64,000 nt of DNA, from positions 1 to 64,000 of the forward strand of contig NZ_JMSQ01000007.1 in NCBI RefSeq assembly GCF_000696575.1. Direction: 5' to 3'. Shown here piece after piece: positions 9,972 through 20,600 of this stretch. Under the pieces are notes generated by a model. The model was given only the letters and a program-made list of their open reading frames with translations. It was not told where the DNA came from and did no database searches. Position numbers and translations under genes: made by a program. This stretch comes from Siccibacter colletis (lineage in GTDB: Bacteria > Pseudomonadota > Gammaproteobacteria > Enterobacterales > Enterobacteriaceae). How positions within the stretch are numbered: position 1 is the stretch's first letter; each line of letters begins with the position of its first letter.

Positions 9972-12900
9972 GTGAGTAGCACTGTTGAACAACTGCACGC
10001 GCAGCTAGCCAGACGAATTCTGGTGCTGGATGGCGGCATGGGGACCATGATCCAGAGCTATCGCCTGGAGGAAGCGGATTTTCGCGGCGCACGTTTCGCC
10101 GACTGGCCCTGCGACCTGAAAGGCAATAACGATCTGCTGGTGCTCAGCAAACCGGAGATCATTGCCGCGATCCACTCCGCCTACTTCGAAGCGGGCGCTG
10201 ACATTGTGGAAACCAACACCTTCAACTCCACCACTATCGCGATGGCCGACTACCAGATGGAAGCGCTGTCGGCGGAAATCAATTTTGAGGCCGCGAAGCT
10301 GGCCCGCGCCTGTGCGGACGAGTGGACGGCGCGCACGCCGGATAAACCGCGCTATGTCGCGGGCGTGCTTGGCCCGACGAACCGCACGGCCTCCATTTCG
10401 CCCGACGTGAATGACCCGGCCTACCGTAACGTCACCTTTGATGAGCTGGTGGTGGCCTACCGGGAATCAACCCGCGCGCTGGTGGAAGGCGGGTCGGACC
10501 TGATCCTGATCGAGACGGTGTTCGACACCCTGAATGCGAAAGCCGCGATCTACGCGGTGAAAGCGGAATTTGAGGCGCTGGGCGTTGACCTGCCGATCAT
10601 GATTTCCGGCACCATTACCGATGCATCCGGGCGCACGCTCTCCGGCCAGACCACCGAGGCGTTCTACAACTCCCTGCGCCATGCCGATGCGCTCTCCTTC
10701 GGCCTGAACTGCGCACTGGGGCCGGACGAACTGCGCCAGTACGTGCAGGAGCTGTCGCGCATCGCCGAATGCTACGTCACCGCCCACCCAAACGCCGGCT
10801 TGCCAAACGCCTTCGGGGAATATGACCTCGACCCGGCACCAATGGCGGCGCAAATCGGTGAATGGGCGCAGGCCGGTTTTCTGAACATTGTCGGCGGCTG
10901 CTGCGGCACCACGCCGGAACATATCGCGGCCATGAGCCGCGCGGTAGAAGGCGTTGCCCCACGCCCACTGCCGGAAATCCCGGTCGCCTGCCGTCTGGCA
11001 GGGCTGGAGCCGCTCACGATTGGCGACGATTCGCTGTTCGTGAACGTCGGCGAGCGCACCAACGTCACCGGCTCGGCAAAATTCAAGCGCCTGATTAAAG
11101 AAGAGAAGTACAGCGAAGCGCTGGACGTGGCGCGTCAGCAGGTGGAAAGCGGCGCGCAGATTATCGATATCAACATGGATGAGGGGATGCTCGACGCCGA
11201 AGCGGCGATGGTGCGTTTTCTCAACCTGATTGCTGGCGAGCCTGACATCGCCCGCGTGCCGATCATGATCGACTCCTCAAAGTGGGAGGTGATTGAAAAA
11301 GGGCTGAAGTGCATTCAGGGCAAAGGCATCGTTAACTCCATCTCGATGAAAGAAGGCGTCGACACCTTTATTCATCACGCGAAGCTGGTGCGCCGCTACG
11401 GTGCCGCAGTGGTGGTGATGGCCTTCGATGAAGTGGGCCAGGCCGATACCCGCGCGCGCAAAATCGAGATCTGCCGCCGGGCCTATAAAATTCTCACCGA
11501 AGAGGTGGGCTTCCCGCCGGAAGATATCATCTTCGACCCGAACATCTTTGCCGTGGCGACCGGCATCGAAGAGCATAACAACTACGCCCAGGACTTCATT
11601 GGCGCCTGCGAAGACATCAAGCGTGAATTGCCGCATGCGCTGATCTCCGGTGGCGTGTCCAACGTCTCTTTCTCGTTCCGCGGTAATGACCCGGTGCGCG
11701 AAGCCATTCACGCGGTGTTCCTCTACTACGCGATCCGCAACGGCATGGACATGGGGATCGTGAACGCCGGTCAGCTGGCAATCTACGACGATCTGCCGGC
11801 AGAGCTGCGTGATGCGGTCGAGGATGTGATCCTCAATCGCCGGGACGACAGCACCGAGCGGATGCTCGATCTGGCCGAAAAGTATCGCGGCAGCAAAAGC
11901 GACGAGGCCGCCAATGCCCAGCAGGCGGAGTGGCGCAGCTGGGAGGTGAAAAAACGGCTTGAGTACTCGCTGGTGAAGGGCATTACCGAGTTTATCGAGC
12001 AGGATACCGAAGAGGCACGCCAGCAGGCGGAGCGCCCGATTCAGGTGATTGAAGGGCCGCTGATGGACGGCATGAACGTGGTCGGCGACCTGTTCGGCGA
12101 AGGCAAAATGTTCCTGCCGCAGGTAGTGAAATCCGCCCGCGTGATGAAACAGGCGGTGGCGTACCTGGAGCCCTTTATCGAAGCCAGCAAAGAGAAGGGC
12201 AAAACGAACGGCAAGATGGTGATCGCCACCGTGAAGGGTGACGTGCATGACATCGGCAAAAACATCGTCGGCGTGGTGCTCCAGTGCAATAACTATGAAA
12301 TTGTTGACCTTGGCGTGATGGTGCCGACGGAGAAAATCCTCAAAACCGCGCGCGAGGTGAATGCGGACCTGATTGGCCTCTCGGGGCTGATCACCCCGTC
12401 GCTGGACGAGATGGTGAACGTGGCGAAAGAGATGGAGCGTCAGGGCTTTACCATTCCGCTGCTGATTGGCGGAGCGACCACGTCGAAAGCGCATACCGCG
12501 GTGAAGATTGAGCAAAATTACAGCGGCCCGACGGTCTACGTGCAAAACGCCTCGCGCACCGTGGGCGTGGTGTCGTCGCTGCTCTCCGATACCCTGCGCG
12601 ATGAGTTCGTGGCGCGTACCCGTAAAGAGTACGACACCGTGCGTATTCAGCATGCGCGTAAGAAACCCCGTACCCCGCCGGTCACGCTGCACGCGGCGCG
12701 GGAAAACGATCTGGCCTTCGACTGGGAGAGTTACACTCCGCCCGCTGCGCACCGCCTCGGTGTTGAAGAAGTGACTGCCAGCATCGACACGCTGCGCAAC
12801 TACATCGACTGGACGCCGTTCTTTATGACCTGGTCGCTGGCCGGGAAATACCCGCGCATTCTTGAAGATGACGTCGTGGGCGAGGAGGCGCAGCGCCTGT

Positions 12901-13655
12901 TTAAGGATGCCAACGAGATGCTTGACCAGCTCGCGGCGGAAAAATCACTCACGCCGCGCGGCGTAGTGGGGATCTTCCCGGCGAACCGGGTGGGCGACGA
13001 CGTGGAAGTCTACCGCGACGAGACGCGCACCCACGTGCTGGCGGTCAGCCGCCATCTGCGCCAGCAAACCGAGAAGGTCGGCTTCGCTAACTACTGCCTG
13101 GCAGACTTCGTGGCACCGAAACTGAGCGGTAAAGCGGATTATCTTGGCGCGTTTGCCGTCACCGGCGGGCTGGAGGAGGACGCGCTGGCCGACGCCTTCG
13201 ACGCGCAGCACGACGACTACAACAAGATCATGATTAAAGCGGTGGCCGACCGCCTGGCGGAAGCCTTTGCCGAGTATCTGCACGAGCGGGTGCGCAAAGT
13301 GATCTGGGGCTACGCCCCGAATGAAAACCTCAGTAATGAGGACCTGATCCGCGAGAACTATCAGGGCATCCGCCCGGCACCAGGCTATCCCGCCTGCCCG
13401 GAGCACACCGAGAAGGCCACCATCTGGCAATTGCTGGATGTGGAAACCCGCATCGGGATGAAGCTCACCGAGTCTTACGCCATGTGGCCGGGCGCGTCGG
13501 TGTCCGGCTGGTATTTCAGCCATCCCGACAGCAAGTACTTCGCCGTGGCGCAAATCCAGCGCGATCAGGTGGAGGATTACGCCCAGCGTAAAGGCATGAG
13601 CGTCAGCGAGGTGGAGCGGTGGCTCGCCCCGAATTTGGGGTACGATGCGGACTGA
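9972..13655 (+). CDS. metH: cobalamin-dependent methionine synthase
   Basis: 1227 aa from a GTG start ([24 protein letters not shown]…), full-length collinear with E. coli MetH; the track ORF start at 9882 is an upstream in-frame extension. Confidence 0.96.
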   Translation: MSSTVEQLHAQLARRILVLDGGMGTMIQSYRLEEADFRGARFADWPCDLKGNNDLLVLSKPEIIAAIHSAYFEAGADIVETNTFNSTTIAMADYQMEALSAEINFEAAKLARACADEWTARTPDKPRYVAGVLGPTNRTASISPDVNDPAYRNVTFDELVVAYRESTRALVEGGSDLILIETVFDTLNAKAAIYAVKAEFEALGVDLPIMISGTITDASGRTLSGQTTEAFYNSLRHADALSFGLNCALGPDELRQYVQELSRIAECYVTAHPNAGLPNAFGEYDLDPAPMAAQIGEWAQAGFLNIVGGCCGTTPEHIAAMSRAVEGVAPRPLPEIPVACRLAGLEPLTIGDDSLFVNVGERTNVTGSAKFKRLIKEEKYSEALDVARQQVESGAQIIDINMDEGMLDAEAAMVRFLNLIAGEPDIARVPIMIDSSKWEVIEKGLKCIQGKGIVNSISMKEGVDTFIHHAKLVRRYGAAVVVMAFDEVGQADTRARKIEICRRAYKILTEEVGFPPEDIIFDPNIFAVATGIEEHNNYAQDFIGACEDIKRELPHALISGGVSNVSFSFRGNDPVREAIHAVFLYYAIRNGMDMGIVNAGQLAIYDDLPAELRDAVEDVILNRRDDSTERMLDLAEKYRGSKSDEAANAQQAEWRSWEVKKRLEYSLVKGITEFIEQDTEEARQQAERPIQVIEGPLMDGMNVVGDLFGEGKMFLPQVVKSARVMKQAVAYLEPFIEASKEKGKTNGKMVIATVKGDVHDIGKNIVGVVLQCNNYEIVDLGVMVPTEKILKTAREVNADLIGLSGLITPSLDEMVNVAKEMERQGFTIPLLIGGATTSKAHTAVKIEQNYSGPTVYVQNASRTVGVVSSLLSDTLRDEFVARTRKEYDTVRIQHARKKPRTPPVTLHAARENDLAFDWESYTPPAAHRLGVEEVTASIDTLRNYIDWTPFFMTWSLAGKYPRILEDDVVGEEAQRLFKDANEMLDQLAAEKSLTPRGVVGIFPANRVGDDVEVYRDETRTHVLAVSRHLRQQTEKVGFANYCLADFVAPKLSGKADYLGAFAVTGGLEEDALADAFDAQHDDYNKIMIKAVADRLAEAFAEYLHERVRKVIWGYAPNENLSNEDLIRENYQGIRPAPGYPACPEHTEKATIWQLLDVETRIGMKLTESYAMWPGASVSGWYFSHPDSKYFAVAQIQRDQVEDYAQRKGMSVSEVERWLAPNLGYDAD

Positions 13656-13737
13656 TCTGATCCTACGCGCATAAAAGGCCATAACGTCATGGCGGTGGAT
13701 AATTACGTCTCCCCGCCATGATTATCGACTCATTGCC

Positions 13738-13768
13738 GTGTAGGGCGGGTAAGCCTGCGCACCCGCCA
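13738..13768. repeat. REP-like palindromic element (GTAGGGCGGGTAAGC-n-GCGCACCCGCC)
   Basis: imperfect palindrome of the same family seen at 4814-4846 and 57481-57570. Confidence 0.5.
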
Positions 13769-13947
13769 TAACAAGCGGTACGGTGTGGATGTACTCACCC
13801 GTCAGTAACAGCCTTCACCCACACAACGCGCAACCGCCCCCGTCTGGCATTAACCCTTTATACTCATCTTATCGCGCCTTGCTGGCTCAACGCTTTTGTG
13901 CGAAGTAAGGACATACTAACTTCAACCATCATTACAGAGGAGAAACC

Positions 13948-15579
13948 GTGTTAACTCTGCTGCACCTGCTTTCTGCGGTAGCGCTCCTGGTATGGGGCAC
14001 CCACATTGTACGCACCGGCGTGATGCGCGTGTACGGTGCGCGGCTGCGCACAGTGCTGAGCCGCAGCGTAGAGAAGAAACCCTTCGCGTTTTGTTCCGGG
14101 ATTGGCGTCACGGCGCTGGTGCAGAGCAGTAACGCCACGACTATGCTGGTCACCTCATTCGTCGCCCAGGACCTGGTGGCGCTCGCACCGGCGCTGGTGA
14201 TTGTGCTCGGGGCCGACGTCGGCACGGCGCTGATGGCCCGGGTGCTGACCTTCGATCTCTCCTGGCTTTCGCCGCTGCTGATTTTTATCGGCGTCATTTT
14301 CTTCCTCAGCAAAAAACAGAGCCGTGCCGGACAGCTCGGGCGCGTCAGCATCGGCCTGGGCCTGATTCTGCTGGCGCTGGAGCTGATTGTGCAGGCGGTA
14401 ACGCCTATCACCCAGGCCTCCGGCGTACAGGTGATCTTTGCTTCCCTCACCGGGGATATGCTGCTGGATGCGCTGATTGGCGCCGTGTTTGCCGTGATCA
14501 CTTACTCCAGCCTCGCAGCGGTGCTGCTCACCGCGACGCTCAACGCCACCGGGGTCATCTCCTTTGATGTGGCGCTCTGCCTGGTCATTGGTGCCAACCT
14601 CGGCTCAGGCCTGCTGGCGATGCTGAACAACAGCGCCGCGACCCCCGCCGCACGCCGCGTGGCGCTCGGTAGCCTGCTGTTTAAGCTGGTGGGTAGCCTG
14701 CTGGTACTGCCGTTTGTGCACCTGCTGGCCGACGCGATGCGTCAGATTTCCCTGCCCGAGTCCGAACTGGTGATCTATTTCCACGTCTTCTACAACCTGA
14801 TCCGCTGCCTGGTGATGGTGCCCTTTGTCGAACCGATGGCGCGTTTCTGCCAGCGGGTCATTGCCGATGCGCCGGAAGCAGATACGCGCCTGAAGCCGAA
14901 GCATCTTGATAACACCGCGCTCGACACACCGGCGCTGGGGCTGGCAAACGCGGCGCGGGAAACCCTGCGCATGGGCGAGGCGCTGGAGCAGATGCTGACG
15001 ATGTGGGGTAACGTGATCCGCGGCGAACCGCGTCAGGAGCGCGAGTTGCGCAAGCTGGCCGACGATGTGGACGTGCTCTACACCGCCATCAAGCTCTATC
15101 TGGCGCAGATGCCAAAAGAGGATTTAACCGGGGACGAGTCGCGCCGCTGGGCGGAGATTATTGAGATGTCGCTCAACCTGGAGCAGGCCGCGGACATCAT
15201 CGAACGTATGGCCAGCGACGTGGCGCGTAAGTCCTTCGCCGCGCGGCGCGCGTTTTCCGCCGAGGGGCTTCAGGAGCTGGACGCATTGCTGGAACAGCTC
15301 TCCGACAACCTTAAGCTGGCGCTGACGGTCTTTTTCTCCGGCGACGTTGCGGGTGCACGGCGTCTGCGCCGCAACAAGCATCGCCTGCGCATTCTCAGCC
15401 GCCGTTACTCCCACGCTCACGTTAACCGTCTGCACCAGCAAAACGTGCAGAGCATCGAAACCAGCTCGCTGCATCTGGGGTTACTGAGCGATATGAAGCG
15501 CCTGAACTCGTTGTTCTGTGCCGTGGCGTACAGCGTGCTGGAGCAGCCGGATGAGGATGATGCGCGGGAAGAGAAGTAA
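13948..15579 (+). CDS. yjbB: Na/Pi-cotransporter family protein with PhoU-like domains
   Basis: 543 aa, collinear with E. coli YjbB (…ALVQSSNATTMLVTSFVAQ…). Confidence 0.9.
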   Translation: MLTLLHLLSAVALLVWGTHIVRTGVMRVYGARLRTVLSRSVEKKPFAFCSGIGVTALVQSSNATTMLVTSFVAQDLVALAPALVIVLGADVGTALMARVLTFDLSWLSPLLIFIGVIFFLSKKQSRAGQLGRVSIGLGLILLALELIVQAVTPITQASGVQVIFASLTGDMLLDALIGAVFAVITYSSLAAVLLTATLNATGVISFDVALCLVIGANLGSGLLAMLNNSAATPAARRVALGSLLFKLVGSLLVLPFVHLLADAMRQISLPESELVIYFHVFYNLIRCLVMVPFVEPMARFCQRVIADAPEADTRLKPKHLDNTALDTPALGLANAARETLRMGEALEQMLTMWGNVIRGEPRQERELRKLADDVDVLYTAIKLYLAQMPKEDLTGDESRRWAEIIEMSLNLEQAADIIERMASDVARKSFAARRAFSAEGLQELDALLEQLSDNLKLALTVFFSGDVAGARRLRRNKHRLRILSRRYSHAHVNRLHQQNVQSIETSSLHLGLLSDMKRLNSLFCAVAYSVLEQPDEDDAREEK

Positions 15580-15587
15580 AGCGGCAA

Positions 15588-15610
15588 GCGCCTCTGCGGA
15601 GGCGTTTTTT
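15588..15610 (+). terminator. yjbB intrinsic terminator (abuts the stop of the convergent toxin gene)
   Basis: gcgcctc-tgcg-gaggcgt followed by ttttt. Confidence 0.6.
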
Positions 15611-15917
15611 ATCCAAAAAGCTCGCTGTGAGTACCAATATCGATAAAGGTCAGCAGGTTTTGCGCCGGACTGAAGCGGTAAACCAGCAGGAAATCCCCGC
15701 CGATATGCAGCTCTCTTGCGCCTTCCCACTGTTCGCCCTTCAGTTGATGATCGCAGTAGCTGGCTGGCAAAACACTGCCGTGGAAAAGGCGCGTCATTAC
15801 CTCGACCAGGGCAGGCATGTCATGACGCCCCGCTTTGTTATAACGCTCCCAGGATTTTGCAAAGGTACGCGTGTAGTCCACGCGTCGAGGCAAGCTACTT
15901 TTCTTGTTTCTCATCAT
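15609..15917 (-). CDS. type II toxin, YafQ/RelE family (mRNA interferase)
   Basis: C-terminal half aligns with E. coli YafQ (…DHQLKGEQWEGARELHIGGDFLLVYRF…IDIGTHSELFG versus …DHPLQGSWKGYRDAHVEPDWILIYKL…ERTGTHAALFG). Confidence 0.8.
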   Translation of the reverse strand: MMRNKKSSLPRRVDYTRTFAKSWERYNKAGRHDMPALVEVMTRLFHGSVLPASYCDHQLKGEQWEGARELHIGGDFLLVYRFSPAQNLLTFIDIGTHSELFG

Positions 15918-16173
15918 GGCTCAGTTCCTTGAGCATGTCGTCTGACGACGTGAAGCGGTGGCTGGCATGTGCTTCAATGTCGCGTGCTTCCTGCAGCGCG
16001 GCTTGCATTTTGATCGAGGGGCGTTTGACTTCGAACGGTATGCCCTGATGGCTCACGACCTGTTCCAGAAACAGGCGTATTGCGCTACTGACGGTGAGGC
16101 CACAGTCGCGCAGGATATGCGTAGCTTCGTTTTTCAGCTCTTCGGAAATACGCATTTTGATGCTGGATTGCAT
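15895..16173 (-). CDS. type II antitoxin, DinJ/RelB family
   Basis: MQSSIKMRISEELKNEATHILRDCGLTVSSAIRLFLEQVV… aligns with DinJ (MAANAFVRARIDEDLKNQAADVLAGMGLTISDLVRITLTKV…); the start is chosen at the Met matching DinJ and the track ORF extends to 16230; the 3' end overlaps the toxin's 5' end by about 20 nt. Confidence 0.75.
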   Translation of the reverse strand: MQSSIKMRISEELKNEATHILRDCGLTVSSAIRLFLEQVVSHQGIPFEVKRPSIKMQAALQEARDIEAHASHRFTSSDDMLKELSHDEKQEK

Positions 16174-16318
16174 AACATCACCTCGCTTTTTTTGTGGGTA
16201 CATTGTGCTCACGATGTGGTTATTTTTCAAGCGGTGATTTCTCGGGTCGATAAACTTACGCGTGCACGGTTTTTATCGTCCCGCAGGCAGGTTATATTTC
16301 GCCTTTACAGGAGAAACT

Positions 16319-17200
16319 ATGCTGCCAACTCACTCTACCCGATTAAATAAATACATTAGCGAGAGCGGGATTTGCTCACGCCGCGATGCCGATCGTTATA
16401 TCGAGCAAGGGAATGTGTTCATCAACGGCAAGCGTGCCGGCATTGGCGATCAGGTGGTTGCTGGCGATGTGGTGAAGGTCAACGGCCAGCTGATTGAGCC
16501 GCGCGATGAAGAAGATCTGGTGCTGATTGCGCTCAACAAGCCGGTCGGCATCGTGAGCACTACCGAAGAGGGCGAGCGGGATAACATCGTTGATTACGTG
16601 AATCACAGCAAGCGCATCTTCCCGATTGGTCGCCTGGATAAAGATTCTCAGGGGCTGATTTTCCTGACCAATCACGGCGATCTGGTGAATAAGATCCTGC
16701 GCGCCGGCAACGACCACGAAAAAGAGTATGTGGTAACGGTGAACAAGCCCGTCACCGACGACTTTATTCGTGGCATGGGCGCGGGCGTACCGATCCTCGG
16801 CACCGTGACCAAAAAGTGTAAGGTCAAAAAAGAAGGGCCGTTCTCATTCCGTATCGTGCTGGTGCAGGGGCTGAACCGTCAGATTCGCCGCATGTGCGAG
16901 CACTTCGGGTTTGAGGTGACGAAGCTTGAACGCACCCGCATCATGAACGTCAGTCTGACCGGGCTGCCGCCGGGCGAGTGGCGCGATTTAACCGACGATG
17001 AGCTGATCGACCTGTTTAAGCTGATTGAAAACTCGTCCTCGGAAGCCAAACCGGCAAAAGCGGTGAAAAAAGCGAAACCCAAAGCCGCCGTGGCGAAAAC
17101 CCCGGCTGCCAGCGGATCGAAAAGCATGGCGAAAACCCCGGCCGAGCTGGCATCACGCAAGCGTTTCAACCAGCCAGGACGGAAGAAGAAAGGGCGTTAA
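16319..17200 (+). CDS. rluF: 23S rRNA pseudouridine(2604) synthase
   Basis: [22 protein letters not shown]… is collinear with E. coli RluF; ATG at 16319 follows aggagaaact; the track ORF start at 16262 is an extension. Confidence 0.93.
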   Translation: MLPTHSTRLNKYISESGICSRRDADRYIEQGNVFINGKRAGIGDQVVAGDVVKVNGQLIEPRDEEDLVLIALNKPVGIVSTTEEGERDNIVDYVNHSKRIFPIGRLDKDSQGLIFLTNHGDLVNKILRAGNDHEKEYVVTVNKPVTDDFIRGMGAGVPILGTVTKKCKVKKEGPFSFRIVLVQGLNRQIRRMCEHFGFEVTKLERTRIMNVSLTGLPPGEWRDLTDDELIDLFKLIENSSSEAKPAKAVKKAKPKAAVAKTPAASGSKSMAKTPAELASRKRFNQPGRKKKGR

Positions 17201-17201
17201 G

Positions 17202-17474
17202 CTAACGCTTACCACGGGTATGGTTGCTGGCTGACCACGAGAACGTCGCTTCCGTGTCAGGCTTGAACGCCTGCTTTTTTTTCTGCGCACGGGCCTGCTT
17301 TGCAGCGGTAGCGCGCTCGGCCATCAGCTTATCGATGTACTCTTTCTTTACGTGATTGGTTTCGGAATTGGTAAGAGGGCGGCCATGCGAGATACGGGCT
17401 TTATCGAGCAGCGTTTTCAGTTCGCGCTGTTCGCTTTCCGTCATCTCTTTTTGCGTCAGTCGGGATGTGGACAT
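17202..17474 (-). CDS. yjbD: DUF3811 protein YjbD
   Basis: 90 aa; …TQKEMTE.EQRELKTLLD.ARI.HGRPLTNSETN.VKK.YIDKLM… matches E. coli YjbD. Confidence 0.9.
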   Translation of the reverse strand: MSTSRLTQKEMTESEQRELKTLLDKARISHGRPLTNSETNHVKKEYIDKLMAERATAAKQARAQKKKQAFKPDTEATFSWSASNHTRGKR

Positions 17475-17554
17475 TATTGCGACCTCGGAAGGAAAGAGTC
17501 TGCAGTGTAAAGCAAAGCGGTGCGCGCCTCAGTAAAATCTGCACCTTAACCTGC

Positions 17555-17582
17555 GAAAAAAAGCCCGCGTCTGCGGGCTTTA
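17555..17582 (-). terminator. intrinsic terminator downstream of the BASS transporter gene
   Basis: agcccgc-gtct-gcgggct; on the minus strand it is followed by ttttttt. Confidence 0.7.
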
Positions 17583-17588
17583 TTGTTT

Positions 17589-18536
17589 TCAGGCGCGGCG
17601 CTTTTTAAGCGCGCGGGCGCGGTTATCGTTAATCGGTTTGCCGGACCAGTAGCCCGCCAGCAGCGAACCAGAGAGGTTATGCCAGACCGAGAACAGCGCG
17701 CCGGGCAGGGCGGCGAGCGGGGAGAAGTAGATTTTCCCGAGCGCCGCTGCGAGGCCGGAGTTCTGCATTCCCACTTCGATAGCCAGCGTGCGGCAGGTAG
17801 ACTCGTCGAAACCAAACAGGCGTCCGCCCCAGTATCCGGCCAGCAGGCCGATGGTGTTGTGCAGGATCACCGCCACGATCACCACCAGGCCTACAGAGGC
17901 GATATGCGCTGCCGAGCCGGCCACGACCGCACTGATGATGGCGAGGATACAGACCATCGAGAACGCGGGTAGGTACGGCTCCACGGCTCTCACCACGCGC
18001 GGGAACAGGTGATGGATCACCAGCCCCAGCGCAATCGGGATCACCACAATCTGCAGAATGCTGAGCAGCATCCCCATCACGTCCACCTGGATATGCGCAT
18101 CCACATACAGACGGGTCAGCAGCGGTGTGGCGATGACGCCCACCAGGGTGGAGACCGACGAGATGGTGACCGAGAGCGCAACGTCGCCCTTTGCCAGATA
18201 GATCATAACGTTTGATGCGGTGCCGCTGGCGACGCTACCCACCAGCACCATGCCAGCGGAGAGATCCGGCGGCATATCAAACAGCATCGCCAGCAGCCAC
18301 GCGGCGAGCGGCATCACCAGATAGTGTAAAAACGTGCCGGCTGCTACCGGGGCCGGACGCGAGAGCACGCGCTTGAAGTCGTCGAGTTTCAGATGCACGC
18401 CCATGCCGAACATAATCAGCATCAGCAGCGTGGTGACCCAGGGGCCAACGGGCGTAAAGGTGGCGGGCGTATAATACGCAATTACCGAGAGCAGCAGCGC
18501 CCAGAGCGGGAACAGCCGCGTGAGAGTGGCAAGCAT
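17589..18536 (-). CDS. bile acid:sodium symporter (BASS/SBF) family transporter
   Basis: 315-aa polytopic protein with BASS-family blocks (…[15 protein letters not shown]…SGTASNVM…[13 protein letters not shown]…); not present at this position in E. coli. Confidence 0.85.
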   Translation of the reverse strand: MLATLTRLFPLWALLLSVIAYYTPATFTPVGPWVTTLLMLIMFGMGVHLKLDDFKRVLSRPAPVAAGTFLHYLVMPLAAWLLAMLFDMPPDLSAGMVLVGSVASGTASNVMIYLAKGDVALSVTISSVSTLVGVIATPLLTRLYVDAHIQVDVMGMLLSILQIVVIPIALGLVIHHLFPRVVRAVEPYLPAFSMVCILAIISAVVAGSAAHIASVGLVVIVAVILHNTIGLLAGYWGGRLFGFDESTCRTLAIEVGMQNSGLAAALGKIYFSPLAALPGALFSVWHNLSGSLLAGYWSGKPINDNRARALKKRRA

Positions 18537-18611
18537 GATATTTTCCTTGCGGTCGGAAGAGTGTCGTTGTGTTTTCCCGTGCCGCTGTAGCCGCGGCGTG
18601 CGTTTACGCTC

Positions 18612-18644
18612 CGGGAATGAAAAAGGCCGGGTGAACGCCCGGCC
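18612..18644 (-). terminator. rtcR intrinsic terminator
   Basis: ggccgggt-gaac-gcccggcc; on the minus strand it is followed by tttttcatt. Confidence 0.6.
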
Positions 18645-18686
18645 AGAGGTATTGTTTATCGTGCTAAGGATTTTTATTCAAATAAA

Positions 18687-20294
18687 TTATGATGAAATGC
18701 CTTCATCGTTGGCGCGGATCTGCTCCCAGCTGAGATCGAAGCGGGCAAGGTATTTCCGCAGCCGATCGGCATCGTTAGGGTTCTGCTTCTTCTGACGCGA
18801 TACCGCAAACAGGGTGCGACCCGCTTCCGACAGCGAGGCGCTGCGGCGACACACCTCAATTACCGTTTCCAGCTGGCGCTGGTCAAAAAGATCGATCTCG
18901 TCCTGCACCGGCAGCGACGCCGGAGCGGGATTGCTGCTGCGCCAGTTCTGCCGCAGGCGTGCCGTCTCCTCCTCCACCAGACCCAGCGTAATGCGCCCCT
19001 GCTCGGCAAGCGTTGCCATACGCGCGACCGAGGCGCTCAGCTCGCGAAAGTTGCCGCGCCAGGCTGCCTGAGGCGAGCAGGCGAAGGCCAGATACGCTGC
19101 CTTCGCCTCTTTATCGAAGCGTACCTGCGTCTGTTGCTGCCCGGCAAAGCGCTGCAGCTCATATTCCACGTTGGGGGGAATGTCCTCCCGGCGCTGCGCG
19201 AGGCCTGGCAGGGCAAAGGTCCACATGTTGATGCGGGCATAGAGATCTTCACGAAAACGGCCCTCCGCTACCCACTGCGGCATATCCCGGTGGGTGCCGG
19301 CGATCAGCTGGAAGTCGCTGCGCACCTCGTTATCCGCGCCGAACGGCAGGAAGGTTTTCTCTTCGATGGCCTTGAGCAGCATCGCCTGTTCGTCGAGGCC
19401 CAGCTCTGCAATCTCATCAAGAAATAACACGCCACCGTCCGCTTCGCGCAGCAGACCCGCCCGCGCCTGCAACGCGCCGGTAAACGCACCTTTGACATGG
19501 CCGAACAGGGTCGACATGGCGTTATCCCCACGCAGCGTCGCGCAGTTCACTGCCACCAGCCGGCCCTGTACTTGATGGCGCGACTGCCGCAGCTGGAAGA
19601 TGCGCTGCGCCAGGAACGATTTTCCGGCCCCGGTCGGCCCGGTAAGCAGGATCGGGGCGGTTGAACGCAGGGCCACGCGTTCGATCTGGTCAATCAGACG
19701 GTTAAAGGTGGCATTGCGGGTGTCGATGCCGGCCTTGAGGAAAGAGACCGACTGCTGCTGTTCGCGCTGGAAGCGGCTGGTGAGCGTGGTGTAGCGGCTC
19801 AGATCGAGATCGATAACCGAGTAGGTTCCGGCTGCGGTCAGGGCGGCATCGGTGACATCGCGATGCGCCGGGCTGGTCTGCACCAGGCCCGCGGGCAGGT
19901 AGCGGGCTTCGGTCAGCAGGAACCAGCAGATCTGCGCGACGTGGGTGCCGGTAGTGATGTGGACCAGATACTCCTCGCGTTCGGTATCGAACGGGTAGCG
20001 GGTGGCAAAGTCGAGCAGCGCGGCGTACACCTCCTCGAAATCCCAGGGATCGTTGAGCGTCACGGTGTGCGGGCGAACCTCGGTATGCGGCGAGGCGAGG
20101 GCGATATCTTCCACCACCCGCTGCGCCAGCACGGCGTCACGCGGCTGGCACAGCAGCTCAAACCGATCCACAGGCAGATCGGGATGCAGGCACAGCCCGA
20201 CCGTCGGTCGCCACTTGTTCCAGCGGTTGGCGCGTTTTCCGCGCTTGTCCAGCACGGTACCCAGCATGCCAATCACCACCCGACGCTTTTTCAT
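18687..20294 (-). CDS. rtcR: sigma54-dependent RNA-repair operon activator RtcR (CARF-like N-terminal domain plus AAA+ domain)
   Basis: 535 aa, collinear with E. coli RtcR (…WRPT…NPWDFEEVYA…HITTGTHVAQICWFLL…GPTGAGKSF…GAFTGA…RYLARFDL.WE…). Confidence 0.93.
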   Translation of the reverse strand: MKKRRVVIGMLGTVLDKRGKRANRWNKWRPTVGLCLHPDLPVDRFELLCQPRDAVLAQRVVEDIALASPHTEVRPHTVTLNDPWDFEEVYAALLDFATRYPFDTEREEYLVHITTGTHVAQICWFLLTEARYLPAGLVQTSPAHRDVTDAALTAAGTYSVIDLDLSRYTTLTSRFQREQQQSVSFLKAGIDTRNATFNRLIDQIERVALRSTAPILLTGPTGAGKSFLAQRIFQLRQSRHQVQGRLVAVNCATLRGDNAMSTLFGHVKGAFTGALQARAGLLREADGGVLFLDEIAELGLDEQAMLLKAIEEKTFLPFGADNEVRSDFQLIAGTHRDMPQWVAEGRFREDLYARINMWTFALPGLAQRREDIPPNVEYELQRFAGQQQTQVRFDKEAKAAYLAFACSPQAAWRGNFRELSASVARMATLAEQGRITLGLVEEETARLRQNWRSSNPAPASLPVQDEIDLFDQRQLETVIEVCRRSASLSEAGRTLFAVSRQKKQNPNDADRLRKYLARFDLSWEQIRANDEGISS

Positions 20295-20430
20295 TGATTA
20301 TCCTTAAAGATAAAAATCGATACCAAAAGATAAATAGTAGCGCTTTCCTGCCCGGGGGTCCTGAAAAGACAGAAAAATTAAATTGATAAATTTCATATGG
20401 TTATGAATTTATTTTCGCCTTAAATGAAAC

Positions 20431-20446
20431 TGGCACGCTTCTGGCA
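20431..20446 (+). promoter_or_regulatory. sigma54 (-24/-12) promoter TGGCACGCTTCTGGCA driving the rtcB operon
   Basis: GG and GC elements at the canonical spacing, 137 nt from the divergent rtcR start; an AT-rich spacer (20300-20430) is consistent with an enhancer/IHF region. Confidence 0.7.
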
Positions 20447-20456
20447 AAGATAACCT

Positions 20457-20600
20457 CGTCAGCACGCTGGAATCGCAGGGAATCATCATCCCGCCGGCGC
20501 ACCGGGAACAGTAACAGGTTATCCACGGGGCGTTCCGCCAGCAGCGAGACACCGGCAAAACATCGGTTTATCAGGTTCGAATCCTGAATTTGCATTCTCC
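20457..20600 (+). ncRNA. candidate structured leader / tRNA-like (YrlA-type) RNA element
   Basis: perfect T-arm mimic tcagg-TTCGAAT-cctga at 20571-20587 followed by the 7-nt strand atttgca; lies in the 310-nt untranslated stretch between the sigma54 promoter and the first CDS; boundaries are approximate. Confidence 0.35.

Noticed and set aside
11277-12752. 491-aa minus-strand ORF inside metH
   Set aside because: It is antisense to a highly conserved gene, and the peptide is His/Arg-rich and low-complexity. It is an artefact.
20401-20595. 64-aa minus-strand ORF inside the rtc leader
   Set aside because: It lies antisense to the sigma54 promoter and leader, has no RBS, and the region is better explained as a structured RNA.
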